A stretch of 64,000 bases of DNA from the human T2T-CHM13v2.0 reference genome, Homo sapiens, in the NCBI RefSeq assembly GCF_009914755.1, contig NC_060935.1. The stretch is one strand, 5' to 3'. Below are positions 11,474 to 26,430 of this stretch, piece by piece. The position numbers were made by a program, and so were the translations under genes. The notes below the pieces were generated by a model, which ran no database searches, was not told where the DNA came from, and saw only the letters and a list, made by a program, of their open reading frames with translations. How positions within the stretch are numbered: position 1 is the stretch's first letter; each line of letters opens with the position of its first letter.

Positions 11474-14400
11474 TTTCTAGACCCTAAATGCCCGGCTAAG
11501 GCACATAGACTTTATCCTGAAGGCAGTGGGAAGCCATTGAAGTTATTTTGGATAAAGAAGTGAAGTGGCAGAAGTGATGTTTACATTTTAGGAACATTCA
11601 TCTGATAGCTGGACAAGAGGCATGGGCCCCTTTTGGAAGGCAGCAGCAGTCATCCAGGCATGAGGTCTTGCGGTGAACAGTAGTGAAAATGGAAGCAAAG
11701 GATCAATGGAGGAGATACTGCAAAGGGAGAACCAATAGCGTTTTCAGTCTTCTTAGACTTAAGAGGCAGGAGTCAAAGAGGATGAAAGTTTAAGCTTGCT
11801 TGTTTACGGTGGTATCTTTGACAGAAATGTAGATGTTGGGGGTGGAAAGGATAGCTGATGCATCTGGTTTTAGATATGTTGAATTCAAGATAACAGTGGT
11901 TCATCCATAAGAAATGTCCAGCAGAGAATTGGAAATGCAGGGCTGAAGCCTGGCCTGAGAAGATTAAGTCTAGAGATGTGGAATGGAAGCCATAGGATTA
12001 AACACGGTCTCCCCAAGATGAGCAGTGGGCTGAGCTGTGGGGAATATGCGTAACTGTGGGACGGGAAGACGATGGAAGAGACCCAGAGGCCATGGAGGAG
12101 AGTCCCGGGAAGGGAAGAGAATGGGGCAGCAGAGACCAGGGAGAACGGACCTGAAGGGAGGCTGCTGAATTTGTGACAAGGTCTTTGCAGATGGCCTTGA
12201 GAAATGTAATGTCACAAGAGGGGAAGGGAAGAGGAAGCCAGGTTACATGGAGTTGGACATAAATGAAGGATAAAGAATTGAGATGTTACAAAAATAGACC
12301 GCTCATAGAAGGTTTGGGTAGTAAAAGAAGGGAGACACATAAGATTTAGATACTTGCTTGTCAGAATAACCTTTGCTTTAGCTTTGAGGCAGGCAAAGCA
12401 TGCTGTGACCAGTTTTCATTTCCTTCTTTGGAGCCAAGCTGTGTTTGGGAGTTTGTGTGTACCTTGGGCTTGTGATTGTGTTCTTATGCTCCCTTTTGAG
12501 GTGTGGTGTTCGTAACTCTGCCACAACTTGCACCACGGAATCCAGCCCGTGTTTGGACCCTTGCCATGAGACAAGATGTGATCTGTTGGGGAAGTAGTTG
12601 CATTTGTATAAGTTGGAGGAGAAAGTAGAGTGGACCAAAAATTGAAATAAACCTTCTTACTACAGAGTCTATCCAAGTATGGGAACTTGAGGATAATTCC
12701 TCCAGTCATGATTTAATTATGTATCAATTTGTGCTCTGAGTATTTTGAGTGTACCTTCTTTGGTTTGAATTCTAAGTAGTTTTTGACTTGGTTTGTGTGA
12801 ATATAGCAGTTAGAGAGCTGGTAACAAAAGCAACAGTTGTAACTGGTTTAGAGCCATGATTTATTGAACACTCATTATGTACTAAGTCCAGTGCTAAGTG
12901 CTATTGTGTATCATCCCATTTCATCTTTGCAATGACCTATGTGGGGGGAATTATTAATAGTATTCTTATTTCAGCCAGAAATAAGTCATAGATGAGTAAC
13001 TATGCAAGGTTACAAGGGATTTGAACCCGGGTCTGTATAATCCCTGGCTTATGCTGCTTCCTACTTTATCTTGCCTGTGTCTGGAATTTTTCCTCCTACT
13101 AATGTAGAAGGACTAGAGATAGATCGAGTCCCTCAGGTTAAATATTCAGAGGCTGTAGTGGGTGTTTCCACTTCTTAGGAGTCTATTGAAAGGGCAGAAG
13201 AAGTGTGGGAAGTCTGGAAGAGACTAAGGCCAAACCTCAAACACTTACTTTAACTGTTTCCCCAGATAAAATTTAGTTGAAGGCAGCAGCCTTGGGCTTG
13301 GAAAGAAAATAGCGCTAGAAGGCATGAGAGTCAGATTCCAGTCCTAGCATTATGACAATTATAATGTCATTTTTGTTTAAACTCTTGGCATTTCTCTCCA
13401 ATTACCTCCAGCTTTGAGCTCCAAAGGCAGGCTCCTATTTTGTCTTGTTTTTCACTGTATCCCCAGCATCGTAGCACAGAATCTGGCATGTAGTATGTTA
13501 TGTACTCACTAATTATTTATTGCTTCGAATGCACCAAGGGACTTGGTACAAGACACTTAGCCTCTCAGGCACTGCTCTTGGCATCATGGTTATAGAGGTG
13601 AAACAGGACAAGGTCTCTGCTGTCGTGAAGCAGACGTCTACATGTGTGAGATGTAGAATGTGACGTCAGGTATGATCATGCTCTGAAATAAAAGACAGTG
13701 AGACCGGGGTGGAGAGGGAAGGGCCTGTCCAAGAAGTGAGACAGTGAGCTCGTTGGGGGTAAAATCCATAAAATTCCTCTTGGGGTGACTACAGATTGTC
13801 AGCTGCGCTGTCAGCACCTTGTTTTAATTGTTTTACTTGGCTGCCATTGCCAATGCCCAGCTGACTGCTCCCTGCAGCGAGAACTCCCACCTCAGGCCTC
13901 GCTTTCTTCAGCTCTGCTGAGCGTGCCTCTCCTGGGTCGGCTCCCGGTTCTCCTCCAGCTGCTGAGATTCCAGCCTCCACAGCCTGCTCTGCTGGTTCTC
14001 TGTTCTTTGTCCTTAGCTTCTGGTTTGGCTTGGTCCCTTTCACGTCATCCTTAACGTCCTCCCTGGGTGAGCTCATCCACCACTCACCTCTGTCTTGAAG
14101 ACACCCGGATCTCCATATCCGGTCTGAACCTCCTCCCAGTCCACACTCCTAGTGGTCTGCCCCGAGGGCACCTCAACCTGTCTGTCCCCTCCTGAGTGCC
14201 ACATGCGTCTTTCTCCCTGTGCTGCCTGCTTGGTCCACGCCCCTCAGTTGCTTCTGCTTCATGAGTCGTCCTGGCCTTGTCTTTTCCCTCATATTCCCTT
14301 GGTTACCACATCCTGAAGAGCTCATCTTCTAATTTGTCAACTCAGTTCTTCTCTGTCTCTCCACTCCTGTGTTTAGGATTCATCATTTTGTTCTATGACA

Positions 14401-14959
14401 GCCTCTTAATTGGTCATCCTGTGTTCATCTTTTTCCTCCCTCATTCCACTGCCCACATTCCTATCAACGTGATCTTTCTAACACATGTCTGATCAGAGCT
14501 TTCTTTTGCTTAAAGCTCTCCAAGAGCTCCTCATTGCTTAGAAAATAAAAGCTAACCCCCTTCAGCGGGGCCTGCAGTCTTCTCATCATCTGGCCCTTGG
14601 CCCCCTGCAGCTTTTGCTCCCCCACCCCCACCCCACTTTGGGTTTTCCTTTTTCCCTAACTCACATTTCTAACCTCAGCCTAGCTACCAACAGCCATCAC
14701 CTCCTAGTGCCTTTGCAATGCTGGGCCCTCTCCTGGGAATGGCGTGGTCTCTGTTCACCCTCTTGGGAACTCAACTCCAGTTTCCCCCAAATCTTCAGGA
14801 CACCATCCTTCCCTACCCAGCACCTCTCCATGACCTGGAAATGACCTTCCTCCTGGCTCCCAGAACACCCTCATGTCTCTCTTGCAAAGCACTTATCGGT
14901 GTTACTGTTGATTTACTTACCTGTTATGCTCAGCAACCTGAGCTCCTTAAGGGTGGAGA

Positions 14960-14960
<1 letters not shown>

Positions 14961-15004
<44 letters not shown>
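14961..15004. repeat. (CA)22 microsatellite followed by a (CT)n tract
   Basis: Direct reading. Confidence 0.97.
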
Positions 15005-15010
<6 letters not shown>

Positions 15011-18000
15011 CTCTCTCTCTCTCTCTGTTCCAAGTGCCAGCATAGTTTACCTGGCTCAGGAAGTTTTTGTTGTAAGAGTGAGGAGTGGTCTGTTTGTGCA
15101 GCCAAGCAACAGATTCATAATGTGATAAAATGTACCTGAAATGGGAGGTTCATTGGCCATTGGGTTTATTGGGGTGCTCTTCTTGTCAGCTTTGAGTGCA
15201 GGACAGGTTGTGTTGGGCTTGAGTTTGTGACGCCTGTTGTGTCTCCCAGCATGCTGAGACCTCAGGAATGTCTCTTCTCTATATTCTTTGCCCCTGACTT
15301 TTTATTTTTTTAGCTCTTGTTTTTGATGGACCGATAATAGCAATTCAAAATGAAAAATAATCCATCAAGGAATTCTCAGGAATGAGGTCCACCCACCTTG
15401 GTCCTGGATGAATCCCAAATTTCCTAAATAAGCCAGAATATCTATTCTTGCGAACTACTGTCTGACAGCCTTTTTCCCCCTTAATCCAGCTGAGAATGCT
15501 TTTCTTGAAGGGTAAGGATACCTAGTGGCCCTTCATGGGGGTGCCTGAGGGCCTCTTTGTCTTCATTTTAAACCTTGTAAAGTCCCCAGTGAATACTGAG
15601 GAGTCTAACAAATAGGAAGAAGCTCTGACCCCAGGGGTCCCAAGTCAGCATCTGTACTTTGCATGGGAGCTAGCACAATGCACCTAGCCAATAGCATATA
15701 AACTCTCCTGTTTTCATTCAGTGCCTTAAGCTTGTTGCTTGTTGTGTCTTCTTCACTTCCTATCTCTGCCAGAGACCTGAGAAGTTGTGCCAAGAGTGCA
15801 GCTTTTATTTGGGGCCTCACAGTAATCTAGGAAAGCTTTTCAGAAGAGAGCCATTCTCAGCACCGAGGTGTCCTGCAGACCAGGACACTCCAGCAGGCTC
15901 TTGGAACTGCTTTCCTGGGATGGAAATGCTTGTGATGCTGCCTCCCCTTGTAGGGACTTTCCATATGCTGTTCCCTCAGCCTGGAATGCATTTTTCTCCT
16001 GGTTTGCCTAGCTCATGCCTGTTCACCCTTTGGAACTCAGCTGATTGGCCTGCCTCCTCCTCAGAAGCCTCCCCAACCTCCCTGATAAGAAGGCTAGGTC
16101 TTGTCCTCACCATTCCCATGCCAGCATCTAGCGCTTATGGACTGCTCACCTTGTGTCAAGTACTGTTAGAATGCTTCATGCGTAGCTACTTTTTATTAGG
16201 GGCTTGGTAGATGTTGGCTGAGGTAAGTGTCATCATTGTCCCAAAGACACTGTGTGAGGAAACTGAGGCCTCGACCCATTGAGTAGGTGACAGAGCAGGA
16301 GTTTATCCCAGATGCTGGACTGTGGGTTTACGCTCTGACCCTTCTATACGCCACCGTTCCCTCTGCTCCAAGTCCTTGCAGTCTGTCCTTTTCCAGCACT
16401 TGTCATGGAGGTCATGACCTCGGTTTGTGTGGTTATTTGATTAATGAATGTTTGTTCCCTCACTGGGCAGCCCTTTTGAGCCCCAGGATGGCAGGAGTAC
16501 CTAGGACTCTAGGCAGGTGCGCAGCCTGGAGTTGACCGAGAGCATGTGGGACTGCCCACTTGCCCACAGCTGCTTCTTGCCTTTTGCATCACAGGAGGGT
16601 GGGCTAGGACCATAAAAGAGCCAGCCCAGGCCTCCCCCTTTCTGGAGCTCACTGAGTGCGTGCATGGGGTTTGGCCGTCACCCTCACTTCCATGGTTCTG
16701 CATCAGAACCAGCTGTGCTGAGGAAACATCTGTGCCTTGTTAAGGTCTGTTCCTTCTGCCCACTCCCTTTGCCCTTTTCTCTACCTTACAACCCCTTTGT
16801 TGTCCTTCTTCAAGGAAAGGGGCCCCCTTTGTCTCTCAGGGCAGAGCCAGCTGCCCTTCTCCTGGTCCTCTTGATCTGCACACACTCTGAGGATGACTGC
16901 CCATGGCAGGTCATGATGGTCCGTCTGCCCTGGACTGTGGTTTCTGTGGCAGAGCAATACTTTGTACAGTCAGGGCCCATGGCCCTACGGAAGGCTGAGG
17001 GAGAGCCTGAGGTCATTGCCTTAAGAGAAGCTGCTTCATGGTGCAGTTGGTATGTGTGCATGTGTGTGTGGATGTGTGCTTTTTTCATGCATGATGTTTT
17101 TATTTGTGTTATTTATCCCCCTGCTATATCTCCCTCTCTCAGGGGTCTAACATGGAGCTTTGAATAGTAGATACATCATAGCTCTTGGCTAAATACATAT
17201 TTTCTCCCCCGCTGATCTGAAGGCACCTCCCTTTTCCCCTACCCCTCACTTTGGTACCTTGGTGACTTCACAGGGTTGTTATGACTTCCCAGACCTCATT
17301 GAGATTGCAGTGATGTGAAAACCCTACCTAGATTCCAGCCAGCTGGGCAGGGGCCTTGGCAGCAGGGGAAGCCCAGTTCCCTAGGGCAACTCACCAGGCC
17401 TCCAGGGCTCTCTAGGGCCAGGCTGGCTGAGCTTCAACTGACTCATACTGTTTTTGACTGGGAAAAATAAAAATTTTAAAATGGCTTCTGACCAAATGGG
17501 GAAAGTGGATGTGGGAGGAGGAGAAGGGGGACGTTAGCCACACCCTAGGTACATTTGCCAGCAGCAAACTGAGATGGGCTTAAAGTGTGGCTGGCCTCTA
17601 AGACGCCTGCTTCAAAGGGCATTCGGCACACTGGTCTCAGGCTTTGGAGGCCCACCTGCTTCAGAACATCAGCTCCCTGTCTGTCTAGCGTTGTGACTTA
17701 AGACAAACCCACCAAGCTCCCTTAGCCTCCATTTTCTCATCTGTAAAATGGGATTGTAATCATTAGAATAACCTTTATAAGGTTCTTGTGAGAGTGGAAT
17801 GAAGATGTGCTTAGCACCGTGACTGGCGTGTAGAAAGCACCAAATATTTATTATCTGTTAACATTGTTTTTGTTTGTCAAAGTATTATTGTTAATAATAA
17901 TTATAAGAAGACTTTGGAACAGATATAAAGTCTAAAATGCAGGCTGTGATGAAAGGGAGATGGTATATAAGAAAAGTGCTTTTTGAATTGCACATTATGT

Positions 18001-18593
18001 CCAGATATTATTATTAGCACAAGTATGTTTATTATTGTTTTGTCTTTGAAAAAAATGCTGGAGCACAATTTTATGATGTTGAGTCTATGTCCTTTGTCGT
18101 TTTGTTTTTTGTTTTGGAAAAAGGTTTGTCACATTGGCCTTTATTGGAATCTTGTCCAGTGGATGTATGACCCACATTGGTGACCCTGGGTGCCAAATGC
18201 CTGGACAGCACCTGGCAAAGAAGAGCCATTATTTCAATGGTCACTATTGTTTAAAATCGTTATGGTAAACAATACCTGACAGAAGTTCTTAGAGGTTCAT
18301 TGACAGTAAATTGTGGGCAATGCACTGAGTTATTATTTACTCTAGACCTGAGAAATTCTCCCTCTCCAAGTTTTGTGCCTTGTATAGCTAAATAAATATA
18401 AACAATTTCCTTAGAATTTGATATAAACAGCTACCATTGTCTTCACAAGTATGTTAGAAATACTTTCTTAATAGCAACTACTTGACTGTTTTGTTTTTTA
18501 TCTCCATTCCCTGCCATTACTCTGCCTCTTCCCATCTTTCTGAAATAAAAGTGAGCCAAATTAGCCATTTAAAAAATACGTAGATACTTTCAG

Positions 18594-18917
18594 GCAGAGG
18601 TTGAAAACTGTCTACCCCCTGGCTGCATCTGGCTTGCAGATGTGTTTTGTTCAGCACTCATAGTGTTTTAAGATGTTTAAATTAGTGGCCAACATTTAAA
18701 AATGGGTAGATTTTTGAATCAAAATCCAGATTTCCAGCTCTTCATAAAAAATCAAAGGTCTAGTGGGCCTGGGCCCGTCTTCCTTGTGGCAGTGCGGAAG
18801 AGTGGTGGTCCCTCCCCTGGGAGCTTGTTTCTCCAGCCTGCCTCCGGCTGGCCCAGCCTCACTGTACCTTTCCATGGCCTGCTTGGCCCCTGTAGGAATA
18901 GAGTTTGTAGTCTCTGC
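18594..18917. mobile_element. MER102-like hAT relic
   Basis: cagaggttgaaaactg...gcagatgtgttttgtt...gagtttgtagtctctg, with degenerate terminal inverted repeats. Confidence 0.6.
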
Positions 18918-21900
18918 TTAATATAACTAATACCCCTTAGATACTGTGTATCAGTTTAGAATTATTTCCACTAGCAACTGTGACCATAGGTAGGAAGGAT
19001 ATTTTACTTGCTAAGTTGTCATTCTTATGATAGCCCAAATGGCTATAATAGTATTTTAGGCTCTTTTGGATTTAATAGAATTACCTTCTCTCCTCTCTGT
19101 GGGATTTCCTCATTAACAATTTTTAAAAAGTGTTCAGCAAGGCTTATATAGCAACATAAAATTTTAAATAATGCAGGATATAAATTTCGATAGCTGCTAT
19201 TGAAGGGGGGTTGCAATCAAGTGAACTGCTTTAATTCAACAATTTATGGTGTTGTAAATTTGAAAAATAAAAGACACTTAGTTTTTTTTTTTTTTTTTTT
19301 TTTTTTCAGAATAAAATAATTAAATAGTTGACCTTTGGCAGAGTCTTTGTTGAAATAGGCAAGGGTTTTGAGCTTCTCAGAACTTGAGACCATTGCCTTC
19401 TGGAGTCTTTCCTCAGATGAGTCTGTGCCTCCTTCTAGCTAGTGCACTCTGAGCACTGTGGCCACATCTGGAGGGTGGAGAGGAGACTTAGCTTCCAATG
19501 GTGGTCACTCTAGGGGAGGGGGGCCCTTGCAAATACCAAAATTTTTTTAAATTATTATTTTATGAGCTTTTAAAAACTTTTTTGTTTTTGTCATCACAAA
19601 AGTAATAAACACTTGTGATAAATTCAGACAACACTGAAGTGCTTTAACATAAGCAACAAAATCTTCTGTGACCTCCCCCAACCTTTTCCAACCATTCCCC
19701 AAACATAAGCACTTTTGAGAGTTTGCTTCTTATACTCCTGGACTTTTGCATTTGCTTGTTTCTCTCCACCCCTACCCTTTGCCCTCAACCACGACATAGA
19801 TACTTTCCCTTTTGTTTTCTAAAGATAGACTGTCCCTGTGCATGGTGTTCTGCAACTTTCTTTTTACAGCTGTCAATTATTATGGTTATTTTTCCAAGTC
19901 CATATGTACAGATAAATGTACTTGTTACTTTTAAAAGTTGTACTCCATGTTATGGTTGTATGTTAAGTAAATTTCGTTTTGTATTGATAGACACTCAGGT
20001 TGTTTCTGACCTTTTGCCATTGCAGTCATTGCTGCTGTGGAAATTTTTGTGCACATGTGTGAACTTTTGCCTGAGATTTTCTTTGGTATAGATACATAGA
20101 AGTAGGACTTTTGGTTTAAATGGTTTGCTGTTTAAAATTTGAATCCATAATGCCAAATTACCCTCCAAAAAGGCTGTACCAATTCATGCTCTTCCTAGGA
20201 GCATCCCATTATGGCTTTGCTAATCTAGTTTTTGCTTACACATGTGTAAGAAAGTAAATCTTAAAAGCCTCACAAATAATGCCATCAAAATTACACGTTT
20301 ATCTTAGAAAAGCATTCAGAATATATGTCTGTAGATTTAATTATATGATTTTTATATCTTGACTTTGATGGTGGTTATCATCCTGCAAGGTGACAAAAAG
20401 TTCCCTAAATACTGTACACAATTATTAAATAATTATTAAGGATATCAGTTGTGCCAGGTAGCCTTTGGAAGAATTACAGCCAAATCACAGCTTCCTTTTC
20501 CACAGCTCTGCCAGGCTGGCTTGTCTTTCCCACCAAGGGCTGAGCCATTAATACTGAGGCTGGGTCAGCATTTGAAGGGGCCCTGCCAGGGAGTGCCAGG
20601 CCTTGGGCCCCAGAGACCTGGGGAGTGGGAGATGGCAAGTGACTGCTGTGAGGCTGAGACAAAGTTTTTGCCTACAACACCCCATGGCTGTTTCCTTTAC
20701 TGAGCTAGATGAGGAAAGCAAAGGGAAGTGATGGTCCAAGACTTCTGGTGGTCACTTTTGTTCATAGATTTCTCACAGGAGTGCTAACATTTAGGCTCAT
20801 GTTTACGAAGGTTTGAAACCTTAGCATTTGGGAAGGATCTGCAAATTCTCAGCCAGGGGCCTTAACTGATCACAGGTAGTTGTGAACTCTTGGTCCAGGC
20901 TGTATCTCAAGGCTTCTTCTTAGAAGGACAGGTCAGCTTACCACCTGCTAACTGCATGTGAAATTTTGAATTCTGCCTTCTCTAGCTCTCCTCTCTGGCT
21001 CTGAGCTGGTATCTGGCATTTGCAAACAGTTTACCCTTTGTTGACTTCTTAGCACTAACCTCACTTTTATGAGTCTGAGTAGACTTGATACCCAGGCCAT
21101 TTATCCTTTGAGGGTGCCCTCAGCTTCATCAGACCCATGCTGGGCAGTCTGGCATAGTGGTAAGAGGCACTTGGAGCCAGACAGACCTGGGTTCAAATCC
21201 TGACATCATCACATTTACTAACAGTGTGACCCTTTGGCTGATGACCTCACCTCTTTGAGCATCAGTGTCTCCTTCTACAAAGTAGGGACAGTAATTCTTT
21301 CCCAGGGGTATTTTGAAGGATATACGAATTAATATTTGTCAGGTGCCTCTCAGATGTTCAGCACAAAATAAACAGTGTATAAATATGAGTCCTCTCTTAT
21401 CTTCCTGCTGTAGAGAGAAAGTTCGTTGGGGATGCTCCAAGTTGGTGGCTACTGGCTGAGGATCCTGGAGTAAGAGGAAGGCTACCATGTAAACCCAGAG
21501 ATGAATCATGAACAATGTGTATTCTCAGGAGCTTAGTATTTGATATGGGAGCCTAACAAGCAAATAGTGTGTCCAGTAATAGGAACTGATTAATAGAGGA
21601 AAGATTAATTAACCTTCTAGGTGGGTGGGGTGGAAAAGTAGGTGGGGTATTGAAGGTTCAACAGGAGTTCGACAGAGAAGATAGACCATAAATAATAAAT
21701 ATACGGCTGTATCCACTAGAGATAAAGTTACATTGTTTTTTATGTACATGTTGACTTCTTTTGGCCTTGCCAATGCACTGATATATTCAAATTCAGCTCC
21801 TCTCTTTTTCTCTTCCCTTTTCCCTTCACTCTGCCTTTCCTCCAGCCCTGCCTTGAAATACTCAGCCACTGAAAATTTCTTAAAGAATTTCTTTATACTT

Positions 21901-23512
21901 TAGTAAGTCCTCAGAGGATACCAGTTCACCCTACTGAGATTTTACAAGAACTTTGGTGTAGCTGGGGTTTTTTTTGCATTCCTTTTTCTACGGTAGATAT
22001 AAGTTCTTTTGGGTTGCCCATCAATGAACAAACTACCAACCATTTGATGTTTACTGCGTGACTCCTGTATACCAAGCACATGTGCCATTTCACTTAGTCC
22101 CCAGAATGTCAGAGCAGCTTTGTGAAATGGGCTGCCCGTTCTTTCTTATGGATGAAGAAACTGAGGCTTAGGTAGGTTAATATACTGAATATTATACATG
22201 TAGTGAGTGGGAAAGCCACAGTTCACCTCCAGGGTCTTTTTCTCCCTCTTTGCTGCCTTGCTTGGGGTCCTGCTCATAGTAGGTGGACAGCAGATGTTTG
22301 TCTGAACATATGAGAACACTGCCTGCCACGTGCCGGTCAGTTTGATTTGTGCTGCTGGTTTTGTAACCCACATGGGGCAATGACAGCTGCTCAGGTACTT
22401 TCCTACCTATTAGTGGGGCCCCAGGGTCACACATCAGTCATAATTGACAAAAAACACAATTTCCCTTTCCTCTCAACTTTTATTTCTAAGGTACTTGTAA
22501 GCAGGTAGATTAGATTGTTAACTTTTCATTTTTTGCTTTGTCTCTCTCCTTTAAAGACTATGTGAAAGAATACACAGTGCCCTGAGAGCCTGGCCTGGGA
22601 ATCAGAAACTTAGATTCCAGCTTCGGTTCTGCTGGTAACTCCTCAGTCATTATGGGTAAATAATATTCCCTCTCCAGAACTACTAGATTGTGTCCTTGGT
22701 GCAGTCTGGGGTTCGGGTGGTCCTAGGGACCCTGCCTACTGCATGAACCTGTTATCACCATGTGAGGCTGGAAGGATCTCAGCGTTGGTGTTGGGCAGGC
22801 CTGAGTGAGCATCCTGGCTCCTGTACTTCCCAGCTCTGTGACCTCGGGCTAATCACCTGACTCCCTGATGCTTGTTCTTGTCTACGAAGGAGGGCTAAGA
22901 GGACCTGCTTCCCAGGATCACTGTCCAGATTGAATGAGAAGGAACGTCGGCTTCCTTCCTTCTGTCTCCAACTCCTGAGTGCACTGGTTTTAGACTAACT
23001 GGGTGTTTCTGCAGTTGAAACCAAAACACCTTCATTAGGTACAATGTTCATTATACCTCGCAACACCCTGAGATACTCAACTCTTAGATTTCTTGAAGCT
23101 CTTTTTTGTTAAGAAACTCCTCAAAGGAAGATACTCTTCTACCCCATTGAGCTTTATTAGTGCTTCAATGACAGCACCTTATTTTTTCACTTTTTTCCCC
23201 CTTGCAGACAGAAGCTGCAGTGTGAATCAGTTTGCATTTATATAATTTCTTTTGCATTTCTTTGCAAAGAGGAAAACTCCATTCATTTAGCAAATGTCCG
23301 TCATGCCCAGGCCTTATGTTAGGTGAAGGGATTTGGAGAGAAATAGAGTCACTGACCTCAAGAAGCTTACAGGGAGGAAAGGTGTAAATACATAAAGTGA
23401 CACATGGGTTTGTCCTGTCACCAAGGTATGCAGTAGATGCTGTGGGAGAAGAGAGGATGACACAGGTTCTCTCTTGGAAGACCTCATAGAGAAGAGGTGA
23501 CTTGTGAGCAAG

Positions 23513-23514
<2 letters not shown>

Positions 23515-23545
<31 letters not shown>

Positions 23546-23833
23546 AGAGAGGGTCTTGCTCTGTCACCCAGGCTGGAGTGCAGTGGCATGATCCTAGCTC
23601 ACTGCAACTTTGAAATCTTGGGCTTCAAGGGATCTTCCTGCTTCAGCCTCCCAAGTAGCTGGAACTACAGGTATGTGCCACTTGCCTGTCTGATTTTTTT
23701 TTTTTTAATTTTTTGTAGAGACAGCGTCTAGCCATGTTGCCCAGGCTGATCTTGAACTCCTGGCCTCCAGTGATCCTCCCACCTTGGCCTCCTAAAGTGC
23801 TGGGATTATAGACATGAGCCACTGCACCCAGCC
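23515..23833 (-). mobile_element. AluJ
   Basis: Alu consensus, long T tract, TSD ttgtgagcaagtctt on both sides. Confidence 0.92.
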
Positions 23834-24165
23834 GTTGTGAGCAAGTCTTAAAAGATGAGTAGGAAGGAGTCTGTCAGCTGTAGAAGTAGGAAGGGCCCAG
23901 GCAGAAGGAGCACAGGGCAGAGGCTAGAGCCCTGGTAGGAGGTGACACACTGGGTGCATGTCTGGAGCTGGAGCCAAGAGGTGGAGGACCTAAGTGGCTA
24001 CATCTTGGCAGTCACCCATATATTGGCAAACCCCAAATCTTTGTAACCAGCCCAGATTGTCTTCCTGAGCCCCCAACTCCCATACCCACTGCCCATTCAG
24101 CAGCTAGCTGCATGTTGAAGTGTAGTGGTCTTCCCAGACCCAACATAACTAAACAGAAGTCTTGA

Positions 24166-24667
<502 letters not shown>

Positions 24668-26377
24668 TAATAATTGTACATATTTATGGGGTACATAGTG
24701 ATGTTTCAATACATATAATCTGTAGTAACCAGATCAGAATAATTAACATATCTGTCATTTCAAACATTGCAGTTCTTGACAACTCTTACTGTATGTCCTG
24801 GAAGCCACCACTGCTCCTTATTATTAGTTTGTTTCTTTATCAACCAAGCAGGCCAGACCACTGCTCTCTACCCTCGTTCAAACCTCCACTGTCTTTCAGC
24901 AGGTCTCTTGTCAGTTTGCTACATAGGCAAAGAGGTCTTTTAAAAAGCAAATTTGTGTCATTTCCCTGCTCTAAACTCTCCAGCGGCTTTCTGGCATCTT
25001 TGGAATGGAATCTAAACATCTCGCCTTGGCCTGCCAGCCCCTCCTGCTCATCTTCTCTGGTCTCATCCCTTGGCACTCTCTGCTCACTCCATTTCAGCTG
25101 CCGCATCTTTCTTACTGTTCCCCCTGTTGTCTCATGGGCTTTGCACTTGCTGTCCTCCGCCTGAGCTGCTCTTCCCCAGACACCGCCTGTCTCACCTTCA
25201 CTCCACGCTGGCCTCTATTCAAGTGTTCTCCCACCTGTCTGAAAAAGCACCGTTCTGCCCCCTCTCCCCGCTGCTTCAACCATTCTGTCCTACCTCGCTT
25301 TGGTTTCTCTCATTAGCACTCATCACTCTCTGACTTTATATGATATGTTTGTTTGTCTTCTTATTTAGTGTTTGTCTTACCCCACAAGAATATAAATCCA
25401 TGAAGATGGGACCTGGTCTTATCTATTGCATTCAGCACTCTAGGGCCTAAAACAGAGCCTGGCACACAGTGGGCGATCCTGAAACACGAGGTGGGTGGAT
25501 GGACAAATGACTGAGTTAATGCATGCCTGCATGCAAGCGAAGACTTTGGAGTTTATTTCATAGGCAGTGCAAATCTAGTAGACATCTTTCAGGAGGTGAG
25601 TGACGTGGTCAGCACTTTTATTTTAGAAAGCCAGCTGGTGGCAGTGTGGGGGCTGGACTGTAGGAGGGAGGCAGCAGAATTACTTTAGCGGCTGTGAAAA
25701 TCGTCCAGGAAATTGATGCTGAGTGTTGTGCTAGAGCTGTGGGGATGGAGAAGAGGGGACAGATGACAGGACCTGAAGATCTTTGAGTGTCTTTGATTTC
25801 TATTGGGATAACTTGGTATAGTGATTCCTTTATAAGAAAAGCAGGAGGGGACGAACTGGTCCAGGGAGAGACTGTTGACACTCTGTGGTGTTTTTCTCAC
25901 CAAGAAAACCTAAGCCCTGGGACGCATGTTCTCTGTAGTGGCATTGGCTCTCTGGGGAGTGACTCTGCTGCTCCGCAGCCTCCCCTGTTCCATTTTTTAA
26001 TAAGAGAATAGTCAAGATGGTGGTGTCAGTGAGTGGGAGTCTTCTTCATGCAGATGGATCCATTGATCTTTGCATACTCCAAGCCACACTAAGTCATTGG
26101 TTCTTTTCTCGCAGTGGGTACATTTCACCTTATTTGATTCTGATCTGACAAATGCTGCTTTTTTTCTTTTCTTTTTTTTTCTTTTTTTTTGTTTAAAGAA
26201 TACCTAGACTGTGCTCAAGTTCCAGGTGGGGTTTACAGATAACTGGGGTTCCAGCATCTCCCTTCTTACAAACACGAACAGGAGCCTTTGCCGTCCTTGG
26301 GTCTCAGGGAGGCAGACCGGCAGCAGGCACACATTCCTGGCCCAGGCGTAGCCATGCTGTCTGGTGCTGCCTTTTGA

Positions 26378-26384
<7 letters not shown>

Positions 26385-26428
<44 letters not shown>
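26385..26428. repeat. (TG)22 microsatellite
   Basis: Direct reading. Confidence 0.97.

Positions 26429-26430
<2 letters not shown>

Noticed and set aside
13789-14076. Minus-strand 95-aa ORF with protein-like composition (MSSPREDVKDD...)
   Set aside because: No recognisable homology, splice structure or poly(A)/TSD. The composition is explained by the C/T-rich plus strand.
16200-16228. Possible cryptic exon ending GAG|gtaagt in a MIR
   Set aside because: Common decoy donor in antisense MIRs, with no supporting evidence of use.
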